Shown here in pieces: positions 1-9,175 of a stretch of 64,000 bases of DNA. Under the pieces are notes generated by a model. That model was not told where the DNA came from. It saw nothing but the letters and a program-made list of their open reading frames with translations, and made no database searches. Positions within the stretch are counted from its first letter, which is position 1, and each line of letters begins with the position of its first letter. The position numbers were made by a program, and so were the translations under genes. The stretch lies in IMG/VR virus record IMGVR_UViG_3300028392_000030, positions 32,001-96,000 of that record. One strand, written 5' to 3'. Source of the stretch: a virus.

Positions 1-7
1 CACTGAT

Positions 8-2089
8 ATGAACTGGTATGGTTCCGCTGGATCTAGTCAGGCTTGGTTGTTTCGAAATACCGGCAGTCAGTTTACTCGTGATACCATCGAATTGGGTGCT
101 CAGGTTTGGGGGCATGGAAGTACGATTGCTGACCTAACCCGGTCGGGTTGGACCGATGCTATTATCACAGACTATGGTCCCAACACCACATTCTTGATGA
201 ACAATCGTGTGAACGGATTTACGGTATATCAAGCTCGTGGCAACAATGATCTGTTCTGGGGTGCAAGTAGCATTGCGGCCGCTGACTTCATAAACAATGG
301 CTCAACACAACTGGTGGCCACTGACAGTAGGGCCTGTGTTGGTGCTACGGCATGGAGTGGATGCGGCAGTAGCACTACCAAAATGTATACCTGGGCTATA
401 GATCCTGCTACCAACAAACTCAGCATCAATTGGGCCCGAGACTTGCCTGCGCCAATACTGGGCAACAGCAGTCACAATTACTTGATCATAAACTATGATT
501 TCAATGCCAGTGGCAATCAAAGTTTAATTCTGTTCAGTTCACCCGGCACCAGTGGCGGAGTAAAACAATCAGCCATACAATTTTTACAAAACGACGGCGC
601 AGGCAATTTCACCGATGTAACAGCGACCATGGTAACCGGTTATAATACCAATACCTATGGTACCTATCGTCCACAATTTGTGGATCTGGGCAACGGCTTT
701 AAAAGTATGATCCTGAGTGGCACCGACTGGTCTGGTACTGCCAACAGCAGCACACAAATCTTGATCAAACAAAGTACCACAGGTCCTTATGTGGCGGCAT
801 TCCAAAATATCATCACTGACTTTGCCAGCCAAGCCAACCTGGTTGCCAACACTGCCAACAGCGGCAATCAAGTAGCTGTGGTCAAAGATCGAAGCAACAA
901 CTTGTATCTGGTCAGCACACTACAATGGCACAACGATGCCACAAGTCCTATGCGGATGTCTACCTATCTCAGTCTCATAGGATCGCAAGTCAGTCCGATC
1001 ACAGCACAAACAGCATTCAATACTGTCAAAGCAACATGGCCATGGATGAGTTCGGCACAGGTCAATCAAGTGTTGGCACAAACATCCAGCACATACCTGA
1101 CCGACGCTGGTTCTGGATTGGTATTGAATCCTGACAAATTACTAAGTCCAGCCGGAGCATTGAGCATTGCCACCCGATCCGGTGCTGTGGCATTGAACAG
1201 TATAACCGGTGGTGTTGCTGGTGTCAACATGTCGGGCTTCAATCAGATGCAGGCATTTGATTCTTTGGGGCGCAATTACAGTTTGAATTTTGCCACCACA
1301 AACTCGGTTGGACCCAACGGTTACACATTCAACACCGAACATATTGATCAATATGATCTTACCAGTCATACTGAATACATGCTGAATAGCAATACACATA
1401 CTGTGTATAATACGCAAGGCATGGCTGTGCGCCTTGGCGCAGAGAACCGTAATCAAACCAACATGATTGGTGCCCCATTACTGCCAAAAGAGTTTGGAGA
1501 ACAATCAGTCGGCATGTATCCCGGACAACCTAGACCCACTAACCAATGGAGCTTTGGTCTACCAGAAATATACCGACGTGGTAACTTTTCTACCGGTCTA
1601 CAGTTTACCAGTCTCAACACCAATCCGTGGTTGAACTTTACTGGATCCTTTGGATCAGTTAACAGTAGTAGCACCTTAGAGCAAGTGATGACATATAAGA
1701 AAGATCGATTCAGTGTTCAAGGCGCCGTGATGATGACCACTACCAATTTTAAATCTGGCATCATAACTGATGTAAGTCCAATCTTTGCTGGATGGGTCGA
1801 AACCGGTTATCGGTATAACGAATTGGGCTTTGGTGATCTTGGTGTGTATGCAGGTGTGAAACCGGTTGTATTGAGTGGCAATGTAACTGCCACTATGCCA
1901 ACTGGTGTTGACAACGCAGGCAATCCAGTGTATACTAACACTAAGATGGGTGTTGTGAGTCAAACCACTCCGTATGTTCGTGCATTATATACCGGTGTTA
2001 TTGATCGACACAATGCCTATAGATTGTCAGGTATGGCCACACAAAACGGTCAGTATCGTGCAATGGCCGAATACAGATATACATTTTAA
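8..2089 (+). CDS. Large surface protein with FG-GAP/VCBS-like repeats and a C-terminal outer-membrane beta-barrel-like region (probably 5'-truncated by the window edge)
   Basis: Repeated motifs (IADLTRSGWTDAII, AADFINNGSTQLV, YDFNASGNQSLIL, FLQNDGAGNFTDVT); amphipathic C-terminal strands ending in YRYTF. Confidence 0.55.
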   Translation: MNWYGSAGSSQAWLFRNTGSQFTRDTIELGAQVWGHGSTIADLTRSGWTDAIITDYGPNTTFLMNNRVNGFTVYQARGNNDLFWGASSIAAADFINNGSTQLVATDSRACVGATAWSGCGSSTTKMYTWAIDPATNKLSINWARDLPAPILGNSSHNYLIINYDFNASGNQSLILFSSPGTSGGVKQSAIQFLQNDGAGNFTDVTATMVTGYNTNTYGTYRPQFVDLGNGFKSMILSGTDWSGTANSSTQILIKQSTTGPYVAAFQNIITDFASQANLVANTANSGNQVAVVKDRSNNLYLVSTLQWHNDATSPMRMSTYLSLIGSQVSPITAQTAFNTVKATWPWMSSAQVNQVLAQTSSTYLTDAGSGLVLNPDKLLSPAGALSIATRSGAVALNSITGGVAGVNMSGFNQMQAFDSLGRNYSLNFATTNSVGPNGYTFNTEHIDQYDLTSHTEYMLNSNTHTVYNTQGMAVRLGAENRNQTNMIGAPLLPKEFGEQSVGMYPGQPRPTNQWSFGLPEIYRRGNFSTGLQFTSLNTNPWLNFTGSFGSVNSSSTLEQVMTYKKDRFSVQGAVMMTTTNFKSGIITDVSPIFAGWVETGYRYNELGFGDLGVYAGVKPVVLSGNVTATMPTGVDNAGNPVYTNTKMGVVSQTTPYVRALYTGVIDRHNAYRLSGMATQNGQYRAMAEYRYTF

Positions 2090-2107
2090 CTAAAAGGTAA
2101 CGGTAAA

Positions 2108-2266
2108 ATGGTAATAGTTGCAACATGGATAGTGGTTGGTTTCTTTTCAGCTGTTGGCTGGGGAGTTGCACAGAAGACTGTGGTAGAACCATATATCAAT
2201 CCGGCGTTTGATAAGGTTGAGACACAACCTGCAAACACTAACAACACAAATAAAGATAATAAATAG
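2108..2266 (+). CDS. Small membrane protein (52 aa)
   Basis: Hand-translated MVIVATWIVVGFFSAVGWGVAQK...; AAGG upstream; below the ORF-track cutoff. Confidence 0.5.
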   Translation: MVIVATWIVVGFFSAVGWGVAQKTVVEPYINPAFDKVETQPANTNNTNKDNK

Positions 2267-2290
2267 ATTCAACACAATGAAAGACACAAC

Positions 2291-2521
2291 ATGACAGGCC
2301 TCCGCACAGTAAACCTACCACAAGAACGAATTATTCAACTGCGTCTTAAAGATGATTCAGTGATCGAATTCAAGTTTTCGCCCATTGACGCCACCGGCAA
2401 TCGACTTTGGCAAATGTTTGCCACCACCGAGGCCCTTGACACAGTGGAACAATTGATTAAATCAGCTGATGTCACTGACACTAAATCGGCTAGAAAAAAA
2501 GCACCAGATAAGAAAAAGTAA
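2291..2521 (+). CDS. Hypothetical protein
   Basis: ORF track; fills the gap in the gene string. Confidence 0.55.
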   Translation: MTGLRTVNLPQERIIQLRLKDDSVIEFKFSPIDATGNRLWQMFATTEALDTVEQLIKSADVTDTKSARKKAPDKKK

Positions 2522-2525
2522 TCTC

Positions 2526-2590
2526 AGCGGCCTATCGGCATCGTCCCGCTTTACAAACTCCGCCGCCTATGCTATACTTTAACATAGGAG
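2526..2590 (+). promoter_or_regulatory. preQ1-I-like H-type pseudoknot plus SD-occluding hairpin upstream of queD (overlaps a possible TTTACA-N17-TATACT promoter)
   Basis: P1 AGCGG(2526-30)/CCGCT(2546-50); tail TTACAAACT; loop CGGC(2536-39) pairs with GCCG(2562-65); CCTATG(2566-71)/CATAGG(2583-88) covers the SD AGGAG. Confidence 0.45.
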
Positions 2591-2599
2591 AAAAACAGC

Positions 2600-3106
2600 A
2601 TGACAACATTAAATCCCGTAGTTTACAAATACACTAGTACCAAAGAGTACCACGACGCATTTCCATGTGCATATAGACAATGGAGGGCAGACAGTCATTG
2701 TAACTTGATACACGGTTATTCGTTTAGTATGAAGTTCTATTTTGGAACTAACGAACTGGATGTGCGTAACTGGGCCGCCGACTATGGTGGACTTAAAGAA
2801 CTAAAGAAAACCCTAGAAGATCAGTTTGACCACACGCTTATTGTGGCACAAGATGATCCCGAGATGGAGACATTTAAGTTACTACAAGAAAAGAATATGG
2901 CCAAGATTGTAGTGCTACCTCGATTAGGGTGTGAAGGACTCAGTGATATGCTTTACAAATACGTCAACGGTGTTTACATTCCAGAGATGTGGGGACCTGG
3001 TGAGGCTGCTCGTTTATGGTGCTATCGTGTAGAAGTGCGCGAAACACAAAGTAACATGGCATTCCGCGAAGGTCATCGTGAATGGGACGAGGATCTGTTT
3101 GCGTGA
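2600..3106 (+). CDS. queD: 6-carboxytetrahydropterin synthase / PTPS family (QueD-like)
   Basis: HCNLIHGYSF metal motif, DYGGLK, FDHT, VEVRET. Confidence 0.85.
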   Translation: MTTLNPVVYKYTSTKEYHDAFPCAYRQWRADSHCNLIHGYSFSMKFYFGTNELDVRNWAADYGGLKELKKTLEDQFDHTLIVAQDDPEMETFKLLQEKNMAKIVVLPRLGCEGLSDMLYKYVNGVYIPEMWGPGEAARLWCYRVEVRETQSNMAFREGHREWDEDLFA

Positions 3107-3831
3107 GCATAAAAAACAGTCGCTTGTTAGCTTCTGGTTGTAGTTATACCTCATACTGCTGGAGCACCTGGGCTGATATTTTAGGACGAGAATTTAATTC
3201 TTATTCTCGAGTTGGCATAGGCGGATGTGACAATGCCACTGTTGCAAGATCTATTGTAAAACATGCACGTCCACAGGATGTAGTTATTGTCCTGTGGACC
3301 AGTTTTGATCGCTGGAGTTTTTATAGCGAGGAGCCATACCTTATGCCCAACAAGGATCCAACAAACCATTGGCGACATCAAGGCAGTGCTGTTTTAAAAA
3401 GCAAAGAGTTTTTTGTTAACTATTATCATCCAGTGGAACGTTTTCAAACCACAATGGATTATATACAGTTGATTGATTTACACAGTAAATCTGTCGGATA
3501 TTCTGCTTATCATTTTGCAGCATTTCCTTTATTTCATGCCGAAACAGATATAAAAAATGATCCAAGGCTGGAGGAAATATATAAAGGATTTCAAATTGAT
3601 AACAATTGTCTATTAGACATTTCACTTGAAACATTTAGACAACAAAATCATAATATACATACCAGTCATAGATACAACAAAAACGACTCGCACCCAACAC
3701 CATTGGCCCACTGGGATTACGTTGAAACTGTTATTGCACCGAGATTAGGCGTAGAATTAGATCCGAGTAACAAGTCCAACATTGTTCAAGAACATGAAAA
3801 TCTTATACAACGTGGAATCACTATTCGATGA
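3103..3831 (+). CDS. SGNH/GDSL-like protein
   Basis: LLASGCSYT, GCDNATVAR, DSHPTPLAH; GTG start overlaps the queD stop. Confidence 0.6.
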   Translation: MSIKNSRLLASGCSYTSYCWSTWADILGREFNSYSRVGIGGCDNATVARSIVKHARPQDVVIVLWTSFDRWSFYSEEPYLMPNKDPTNHWRHQGSAVLKSKEFFVNYYHPVERFQTTMDYIQLIDLHSKSVGYSAYHFAAFPLFHAETDIKNDPRLEEIYKGFQIDNNCLLDISLETFRQQNHNIHTSHRYNKNDSHPTPLAHWDYVETVIAPRLGVELDPSNKSNIVQEHENLIQRGITIR

Positions 3832-4025
3832 GTGAATTACAAAATCTATTAAACGAAGAAGCCCGGTTCTCTAACGAGGGGTTAGGTAATAGTGAAGAGC
3901 GTATGCAACTTCACACTGTAATTCGATTAAAACGTGGCTCAGAATCACCGTGGTGCTTTGGTCAAGACGACTGTAGCACCAACACATTATCACAGTGTCC
4001 ATGGCGTATAGATTGTGGCACATGA
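3828..4025 (+). CDS. Hypothetical protein
   Basis: ORF track; start overlaps the upstream stop (ATGA). Confidence 0.4.
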   Translation: MSELQNLLNEEARFSNEGLGNSEERMQLHTVIRLKRGSESPWCFGQDDCSTNTLSQCPWRIDCGT

Positions 4026-4180
4026 AAAGGATCTGGAGACTTTGGGCCAAAGCACTAGGCGAAAAAGCCGGCAACACTGATGCAGAAGCAGATCGTGTTG
4101 CCCGCATCAGAACGGTAATTGTATTGATATACGTCGTCACAAACTTTTTTATAATCGCAGGCGTCGTACGTCATTGGTGA
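4022..4180 (+). CDS. Small membrane-anchored protein
   Basis: MKRIWRLWAKALGEKAG...hydrophobic C-terminus; ATGA overlap with the upstream ORF. Confidence 0.6.
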   Translation: MKRIWRLWAKALGEKAGNTDAEADRVARIRTVIVLIYVVTNFFIIAGVVRHW

Positions 4181-4229
4181 TGAACAACAAATTATCACTG
4201 AATAAACGGCGCATATAAATATTCGCACT

Positions 4230-5051
4230 ATGCCACATGAATACAAAATAGCAATCATATTGCCCACCCGGGGTCGCACTGCGGCATTAACACGCAGTCT
4301 CGTTGGCTTGCTTGAAAAAGCCGCAGATCTGTCTAGCATACAAGTGTTGTTGGGTCTAGACACAGACGACACAGTGGGCTTGGCCCATTTCGAAGAATCA
4401 TTGCAACCGCAACTGGACAAGATGGAGGTCGCATACACTGCTATGACTTTTGAACCACTTGGATACAGTCGTCTTAACGAATACATCAATACCCTAAGTA
4501 AAAATTCAGACGCAGACTGGATATTTTTCTGGAATGACGATGCACTGATGGAAAGTCAAGATTGGGATTTAGAAATTGTCAAACGCACTGGAGATTTCAA
4601 GTTGTTGGCTGTGCATACTCACCAAGACCATCCTTACAGTATATTTCCTATTGTGCCTAGAGCTTGGCTGGATCTTGTTGGACATTTGAGCTTGCACAGT
4701 ATGACTGATGCTTGGTTAAGCCAAATTGCTTATCTAGTAGATATCTGGGAACGTATTGAAGTGAATGTTCTACACGACCGTGCTGACCTCACCGGCAACA
4801 ACTTGGATGCTACCTACAAAGAAAGAGAACTGCTAGAAGGAAATCCCAGTAATCCTAGAGATTTTCACAATCCCAAAATGACTCAATTGCGTATGCAAGA
4901 GTGTGAAATCATTGACACATATTTAAAAAGTCAAGGATCAACTTCAACTTGGTGGGATCGTATCAAAACAGGCAAACAAGATCCCTGGGAAAAGCTAAGA
5001 GAAAACGATATCAACGATCAAATGCGTCAATTTATACTAAAGGCCAACTAA
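4230..5051 (+). CDS. GT-A fold (family 2-like) glycosyltransferase
   Basis: IILPTRGR N-terminal motif; FFWNDDA DxD motif. Confidence 0.75.
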   Translation: MPHEYKIAIILPTRGRTAALTRSLVGLLEKAADLSSIQVLLGLDTDDTVGLAHFEESLQPQLDKMEVAYTAMTFEPLGYSRLNEYINTLSKNSDADWIFFWNDDALMESQDWDLEIVKRTGDFKLLAVHTHQDHPYSIFPIVPRAWLDLVGHLSLHSMTDAWLSQIAYLVDIWERIEVNVLHDRADLTGNNLDATYKERELLEGNPSNPRDFHNPKMTQLRMQECEIIDTYLKSQGSTSTWWDRIKTGKQDPWEKLRENDINDQMRQFILKAN

Positions 5052-5059
5052 TCAACATT

Positions 5060-6100
5060 ATGAAAAAAACTATACTGGTAACCGGAGGCGCTGGATTTAT
5101 TGGTCATCATATGATTCGTCGATTGCTCAAACACGACGAATATAACATCATCAGCATGGATCGTTTAGACTTTTCAGGAAATTTAAATCGTTTACATGAA
5201 CTAAGTCAAGAGTTTGGAACCGATGCAATGAGTCGGTTACGAGTAATTTATCATGACCTACGTGCAGAGATTAATCCGCAATTGGCTGCACAAATCGGAC
5301 CGGTAGATCTTATTATCCATATGGCTGCAGGTAGCCATGTTACTCGTTCAATTGAAAATCCCATGTTGTTTGTGCAAGACAATGTGGTTGGTACTTGTAA
5401 CTTGCTGGATTATGCTCGACGTTATTTGCCCGACTTGGAAAAATTTATTAACTTTGGCACCGACGAAGTGTTTGGGTCAGCACCCGACGGTGTAGAATAT
5501 AAGGAGTGGGATCGTTACAACAGTCGCAGTCCATATAGTGCCACTAAAGCTGGCGCAGAAGAGTTATGTGTAGCATACGAAAACACGTTTGGCATGCCCA
5601 TCTACTGCACACATACAATGAATGTGTTTGGCGAACGTCAACTGCCAGAAAAGTTCATCGGCATTGCCATGCGCAAGATTCTAGCAGGTGAGCCAGTTTC
5701 TATCCACTGCGATGAAGAAACCGGCACCCGGAGTGGACTACGTCACTGGGTCCATGCCGCAGATGTTGCCGATGCCACTATGTTTATTATGGCGTTGCCG
5801 CACCAAGGCTTTCCACTAGCCGACGACTTTGGAGGTGCTACCTGTCCCAAGTTCAACATTGTAGGTCAACAAGAAGTCTCAAACTTTGATGTGGCACAAA
5901 AAATTGCTGACATACTCGGCAAGGAATTAAAATACACCATGGTCGGAGTTGATACACAACGTCCTGGGCATGACTTCCGTTATGCTCTCAGTGGTGAATA
6001 TATGAAACAGCTGGGTTGGGAGCCCAAGTATAGTTTTGATACTAGAATTGAGCAAATGGTTACCTGGACCTTAAAGAATGATCGCTGGTTAAAATTATGA
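5060..6100 (+). CDS. rmlB: dTDP-glucose 4,6-dehydratase-like
   Basis: VTGGAGFIG, HMAAGSHV, GTDEVFG, YSATK, RPGHDFRYA; start moved to MKKTIL. Confidence 0.88.
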   Translation: MKKTILVTGGAGFIGHHMIRRLLKHDEYNIISMDRLDFSGNLNRLHELSQEFGTDAMSRLRVIYHDLRAEINPQLAAQIGPVDLIIHMAAGSHVTRSIENPMLFVQDNVVGTCNLLDYARRYLPDLEKFINFGTDEVFGSAPDGVEYKEWDRYNSRSPYSATKAGAEELCVAYENTFGMPIYCTHTMNVFGERQLPEKFIGIAMRKILAGEPVSIHCDEETGTRSGLRHWVHAADVADATMFIMALPHQGFPLADDFGGATCPKFNIVGQQEVSNFDVAQKIADILGKELKYTMVGVDTQRPGHDFRYALSGEYMKQLGWEPKYSFDTRIEQMVTWTLKNDRWLKL

Positions 6101-7329
6101 ATCACGTCGTAGAAAATACACATTGTTTGGCCTGTGGGTCAGCGGATATTCATACTGCATTAGATCTTGGACAACAGCCCCTGGCTAACAGTTACAGAGA
6201 TTCAGCCAATGCAACAGAAGACCGTTATCCATTGGCTGTAAGTCTTTGCCATGATTGTTTTCACCTACAACTAAGCCACACAGTAGATCCTGCGATCATT
6301 TACAAGAATTATCTGTATGCCACTGGCACCAATCAAACCATACAGGACTATTGTAAATGGTTTGCTGATTTTTGTTTAGAGTCGTGCATCGGAGTTAGCA
6401 ATGTATTAGACATTGGATGCAACGACGGAACTCAACTTAATTATTTTAAAACAGCAAGAAGTCAACAGTTACAACCAATCAACACATACGGAATCGATCC
6501 TGCTGAAAATCTTTTTCTCCGTAGCAGTGCTAGCCATTCAGTGATTTGTGATTTCTTTGGGCCAGCCGCTGTTGAAAAATTAAAACAAGTCAACTACGAC
6601 ATTATCATAGCACAAAATGTCTGTGCCCATAATCCAGATCCTTACGAATTTATAACATCATGTGCTGAACTAATGACCGACAATACTGTGTTGTTTATAC
6701 AGACCAGTCAGGCCGACATGGTGTTGAACAATGAGTTTGATACCATCTATCACGAGCACGTTAACTTTTTTAATGTTAACTCAATGAGCCGCCTGGCCGA
6801 ACGTGCTGGTTTACATTTGGTTGACACAATTAAAACTCCTATACACGGCAACAGTTATATTTTTATTTTAAGCAAAGCCTCTGTCAATAAAAATCGTGTA
6901 AAGAATGCTATTGATCTTGAAGCTGCATATGGCTTGTTGAACAAGGATACATATACTCGTTGGGAATCTACTGTCAAGAGCAACATGAACCAGTTGATTG
7001 AGACCATCGGCGAATATCGTCGTGATGGATATACCCTAGTTGGATATGGAGCTGCGGCCAAAGGCAATACACTATTAAACTTTGGTGATATCCGGTTAGA
7101 TTTTATCATTGATGACAATCCACTCAAGCAAGGCAAGTTTACCCCCGGTACCGGTTGTGCCATTGTCGGAGTAGATCGACTTGCCGAACTTGATGCCAAT
7201 TGCCGAATCCTGTTTGTACCATTGGCCTGGAATTTCTTTAAGGAAATTAAATCAAAGATTCAAACTGCTAGAACCAATTCCAATGACCGCTTCCTTAGAT
7301 ATTTTCCAGAAGTGGAAGTTACACAGTGA
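6097..7329 (+). CDS. NDP-sugar C-methyltransferase (Zn-binding, SAM-dependent)
   Basis: CLACGS...LGQQPLAN, CHDCFHLQL, LDIGCNDG, FDTIYHEH, GYGAAAKGNTLLN. Confidence 0.88.
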   Translation: MNHVVENTHCLACGSADIHTALDLGQQPLANSYRDSANATEDRYPLAVSLCHDCFHLQLSHTVDPAIIYKNYLYATGTNQTIQDYCKWFADFCLESCIGVSNVLDIGCNDGTQLNYFKTARSQQLQPINTYGIDPAENLFLRSSASHSVICDFFGPAAVEKLKQVNYDIIIAQNVCAHNPDPYEFITSCAELMTDNTVLFIQTSQADMVLNNEFDTIYHEHVNFFNVNSMSRLAERAGLHLVDTIKTPIHGNSYIFILSKASVNKNRVKNAIDLEAAYGLLNKDTYTRWESTVKSNMNQLIETIGEYRRDGYTLVGYGAAAKGNTLLNFGDIRLDFIIDDNPLKQGKFTPGTGCAIVGVDRLAELDANCRILFVPLAWNFFKEIKSKIQTARTNSNDRFLRYFPEVEVTQ

Positions 7330-8093
7330 AAAATTATCTAATCAAAGGTCTACATCGCATTGGCAGCACCAAATGGTGGCCTGGACGTGATCGAGCCGAC
7401 GAAGGTGACTTGTATTCATACTATGAAAAAATGGCCGTGCTAAGTGAAGCCAGCTTCTTTCATAACCTACAAGGCGATTGGGAATTGATCCGACTAGAAT
7501 CAACAGCCACAGATGTCAATCATGTGTTTCGTCAACAGTTTCGTGCCATATGGGATATTTGGAGCACAGAACCTTGTAACATTTACTACTGTGGCAGTGA
7601 TGTGCAGGTATTAAAGCCAGTCGAAGTGTTTGGTCGATACCAACACTTTCTAATGTTCAACTACACCGATCCTAAAACCTTAGACGAACTGCCGCATTTT
7701 CTAAACGCCGATATACGTTATTACCCAGCCGAAATGGATCGTGCCATGTTCGAAGCGGCTCTTGGTAAATTAAGCAACTGCACTGAATGGAATGGTGATC
7801 AGAAATTGTATAACCACATGGTCTGGGGACAAGGACTAACTACAGAGCAAGTGATTGATCCCACAATGGCCTATCAAGGGCCTTGGTTGCTTGGTAACGA
7901 AGAAGCTCAACAATTTACCGACACATGGAACGGTTGTACCCTAAACGATGCCAAAATTGTTCACTGGCACGGTAGTAGACATGCTCCTTCAAAGTTACAT
8001 TTAATGAAAGCCATTAATGATCAGTTAGGTATACCCGACGTTCCGGTAAGGCCTAGACCAACAAAAACCTTAGATATCTCTCATTTGCCTTGA
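7326..8093 (+). CDS. Nucleotide-diphospho-sugar transferase-like protein
   Basis: YCGSDVQ, WNGDQKLYN, IVHWHGS; homologous to 23491..24156. Confidence 0.55.
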   Translation: MKNYLIKGLHRIGSTKWWPGRDRADEGDLYSYYEKMAVLSEASFFHNLQGDWELIRLESTATDVNHVFRQQFRAIWDIWSTEPCNIYYCGSDVQVLKPVEVFGRYQHFLMFNYTDPKTLDELPHFLNADIRYYPAEMDRAMFEAALGKLSNCTEWNGDQKLYNHMVWGQGLTTEQVIDPTMAYQGPWLLGNEEAQQFTDTWNGCTLNDAKIVHWHGSRHAPSKLHLMKAINDQLGIPDVPVRPRPTKTLDISHLP

Positions 8094-8118
8094 CACTTGT
8101 GATTATAAATGTTAAAAT
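8090..8118 (+). promoter_or_regulatory. Sigma70-type promoter giving a leaderless transcript
   Basis: TTGACA-N17-TAAAAT, then 6 nt, then ATG at 8125. Confidence 0.7.
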
Positions 8119-8124
8119 AGTAAC

Positions 8125-8325
8125 ATGAAAATACATTATAGAAAACCTGATTTGTTAGAAGAAATGAAAAAAGCCATTGCTGACAGCAAAGAGCCTATTG
8201 ATCATTTTGAACTAACCCCTGAAGAATTTAATCAACACTTTAGTAGTTTTGATAAATCATTCCTAAGAGACAATAGTGTGCAATACATGTTCAGAGGCAT
8301 TCCATTAAAGGTTAACAATGAGTAA
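8125..8325 (+). CDS. Hypothetical protein
   Basis: ORF track; directly follows the promoter. Confidence 0.65.
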   Translation: MKIHYRKPDLLEEMKKAIADSKEPIDHFELTPEEFNQHFSSFDKSFLRDNSVQYMFRGIPLKVNNE

Positions 8326-9175
8326 ATTAAAAATAGCAGAATTATTCTATTCAGTGCAAGGCGAAGGACGCTATATGGGTGTGCCGTCGGTATTCTTGCG
8401 TGTGTTTGGATGCAACTTCAAATGCGCTGGCTTTGGCATGCCACGTGGTGAGTTGAGCGCAGAAGCCGAAGAGCTTGCTGAAGTAGCACATCTATATAAT
8501 CGATATGAAGAACTACCATTAGTAAGCACGGGTTGCGACAGTTATGCCAGTTGGCACCCTAGTTTTAAAGACCTAAGTCCAATGCTTACAACTGATGCCA
8601 TTGTAGAACGTATTATGGAAATACTTCCACACGGTGAATGGCGTGATGAACACCTGGTCATTACAGGTGGTGAGCCGTTGTTAGGTTGGCAACGTGCTTA
8701 CCCAGATTTGTTAGATCATCCCAAGATGCAAGGGCTTAAAGAAATTACGTTTGAAACCAATGGCACTCAAGAGATATCCAAAGAGTTTGCTTCGTATTTG
8801 CATACCTGGGCACACCATCATGACCGAGACTTTTGGCGAGAGATTACATTTAGTGTCAGTGCCAAACTGCCATGCAGTGGAGAAAAGTGGGAAGAAGCCA
8901 TCTTGCCCAAGGTAGTTTGTGACTATGAAGAATATGGCACAGCATATTTAAAATTTGTTATTGCCACTGAACAAGACTTTGCAGATGCTGAGTGTGCTAT
9001 CGCCGCATATCGTAAGGCGGGTTTTACCGGACACGTTTATCTAATGCCAGTGGGTGGTGTTGAAACGGTATACGCTATGAACAATCGTAATGTAGCATTA
9101 TTGGCAATGAAACACGGACTTCGTTACAGTGACAGGCTACAAGTTCCACTCTTTAAGAATGAATGGGGGACCTGA
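8318..9175 (+). CDS. queE: 7-carboxy-7-deazaguanine synthase (radical SAM)
   Basis: ELFYSVQGEG..G.PSVFLR..GCN..C, CDS, ITGGEPLL, ETNG, RLQ. Confidence 0.9.
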   Translation: MSKLKIAELFYSVQGEGRYMGVPSVFLRVFGCNFKCAGFGMPRGELSAEAEELAEVAHLYNRYEELPLVSTGCDSYASWHPSFKDLSPMLTTDAIVERIMEILPHGEWRDEHLVITGGEPLLGWQRAYPDLLDHPKMQGLKEITFETNGTQEISKEFASYLHTWAHHHDRDFWREITFSVSAKLPCSGEKWEEAILPKVVCDYEEYGTAYLKFVIATEQDFADAECAIAAYRKAGFTGHVYLMPVGGVETVYAMNNRNVALLAMKHGLRYSDRLQVPLFKNEWGT

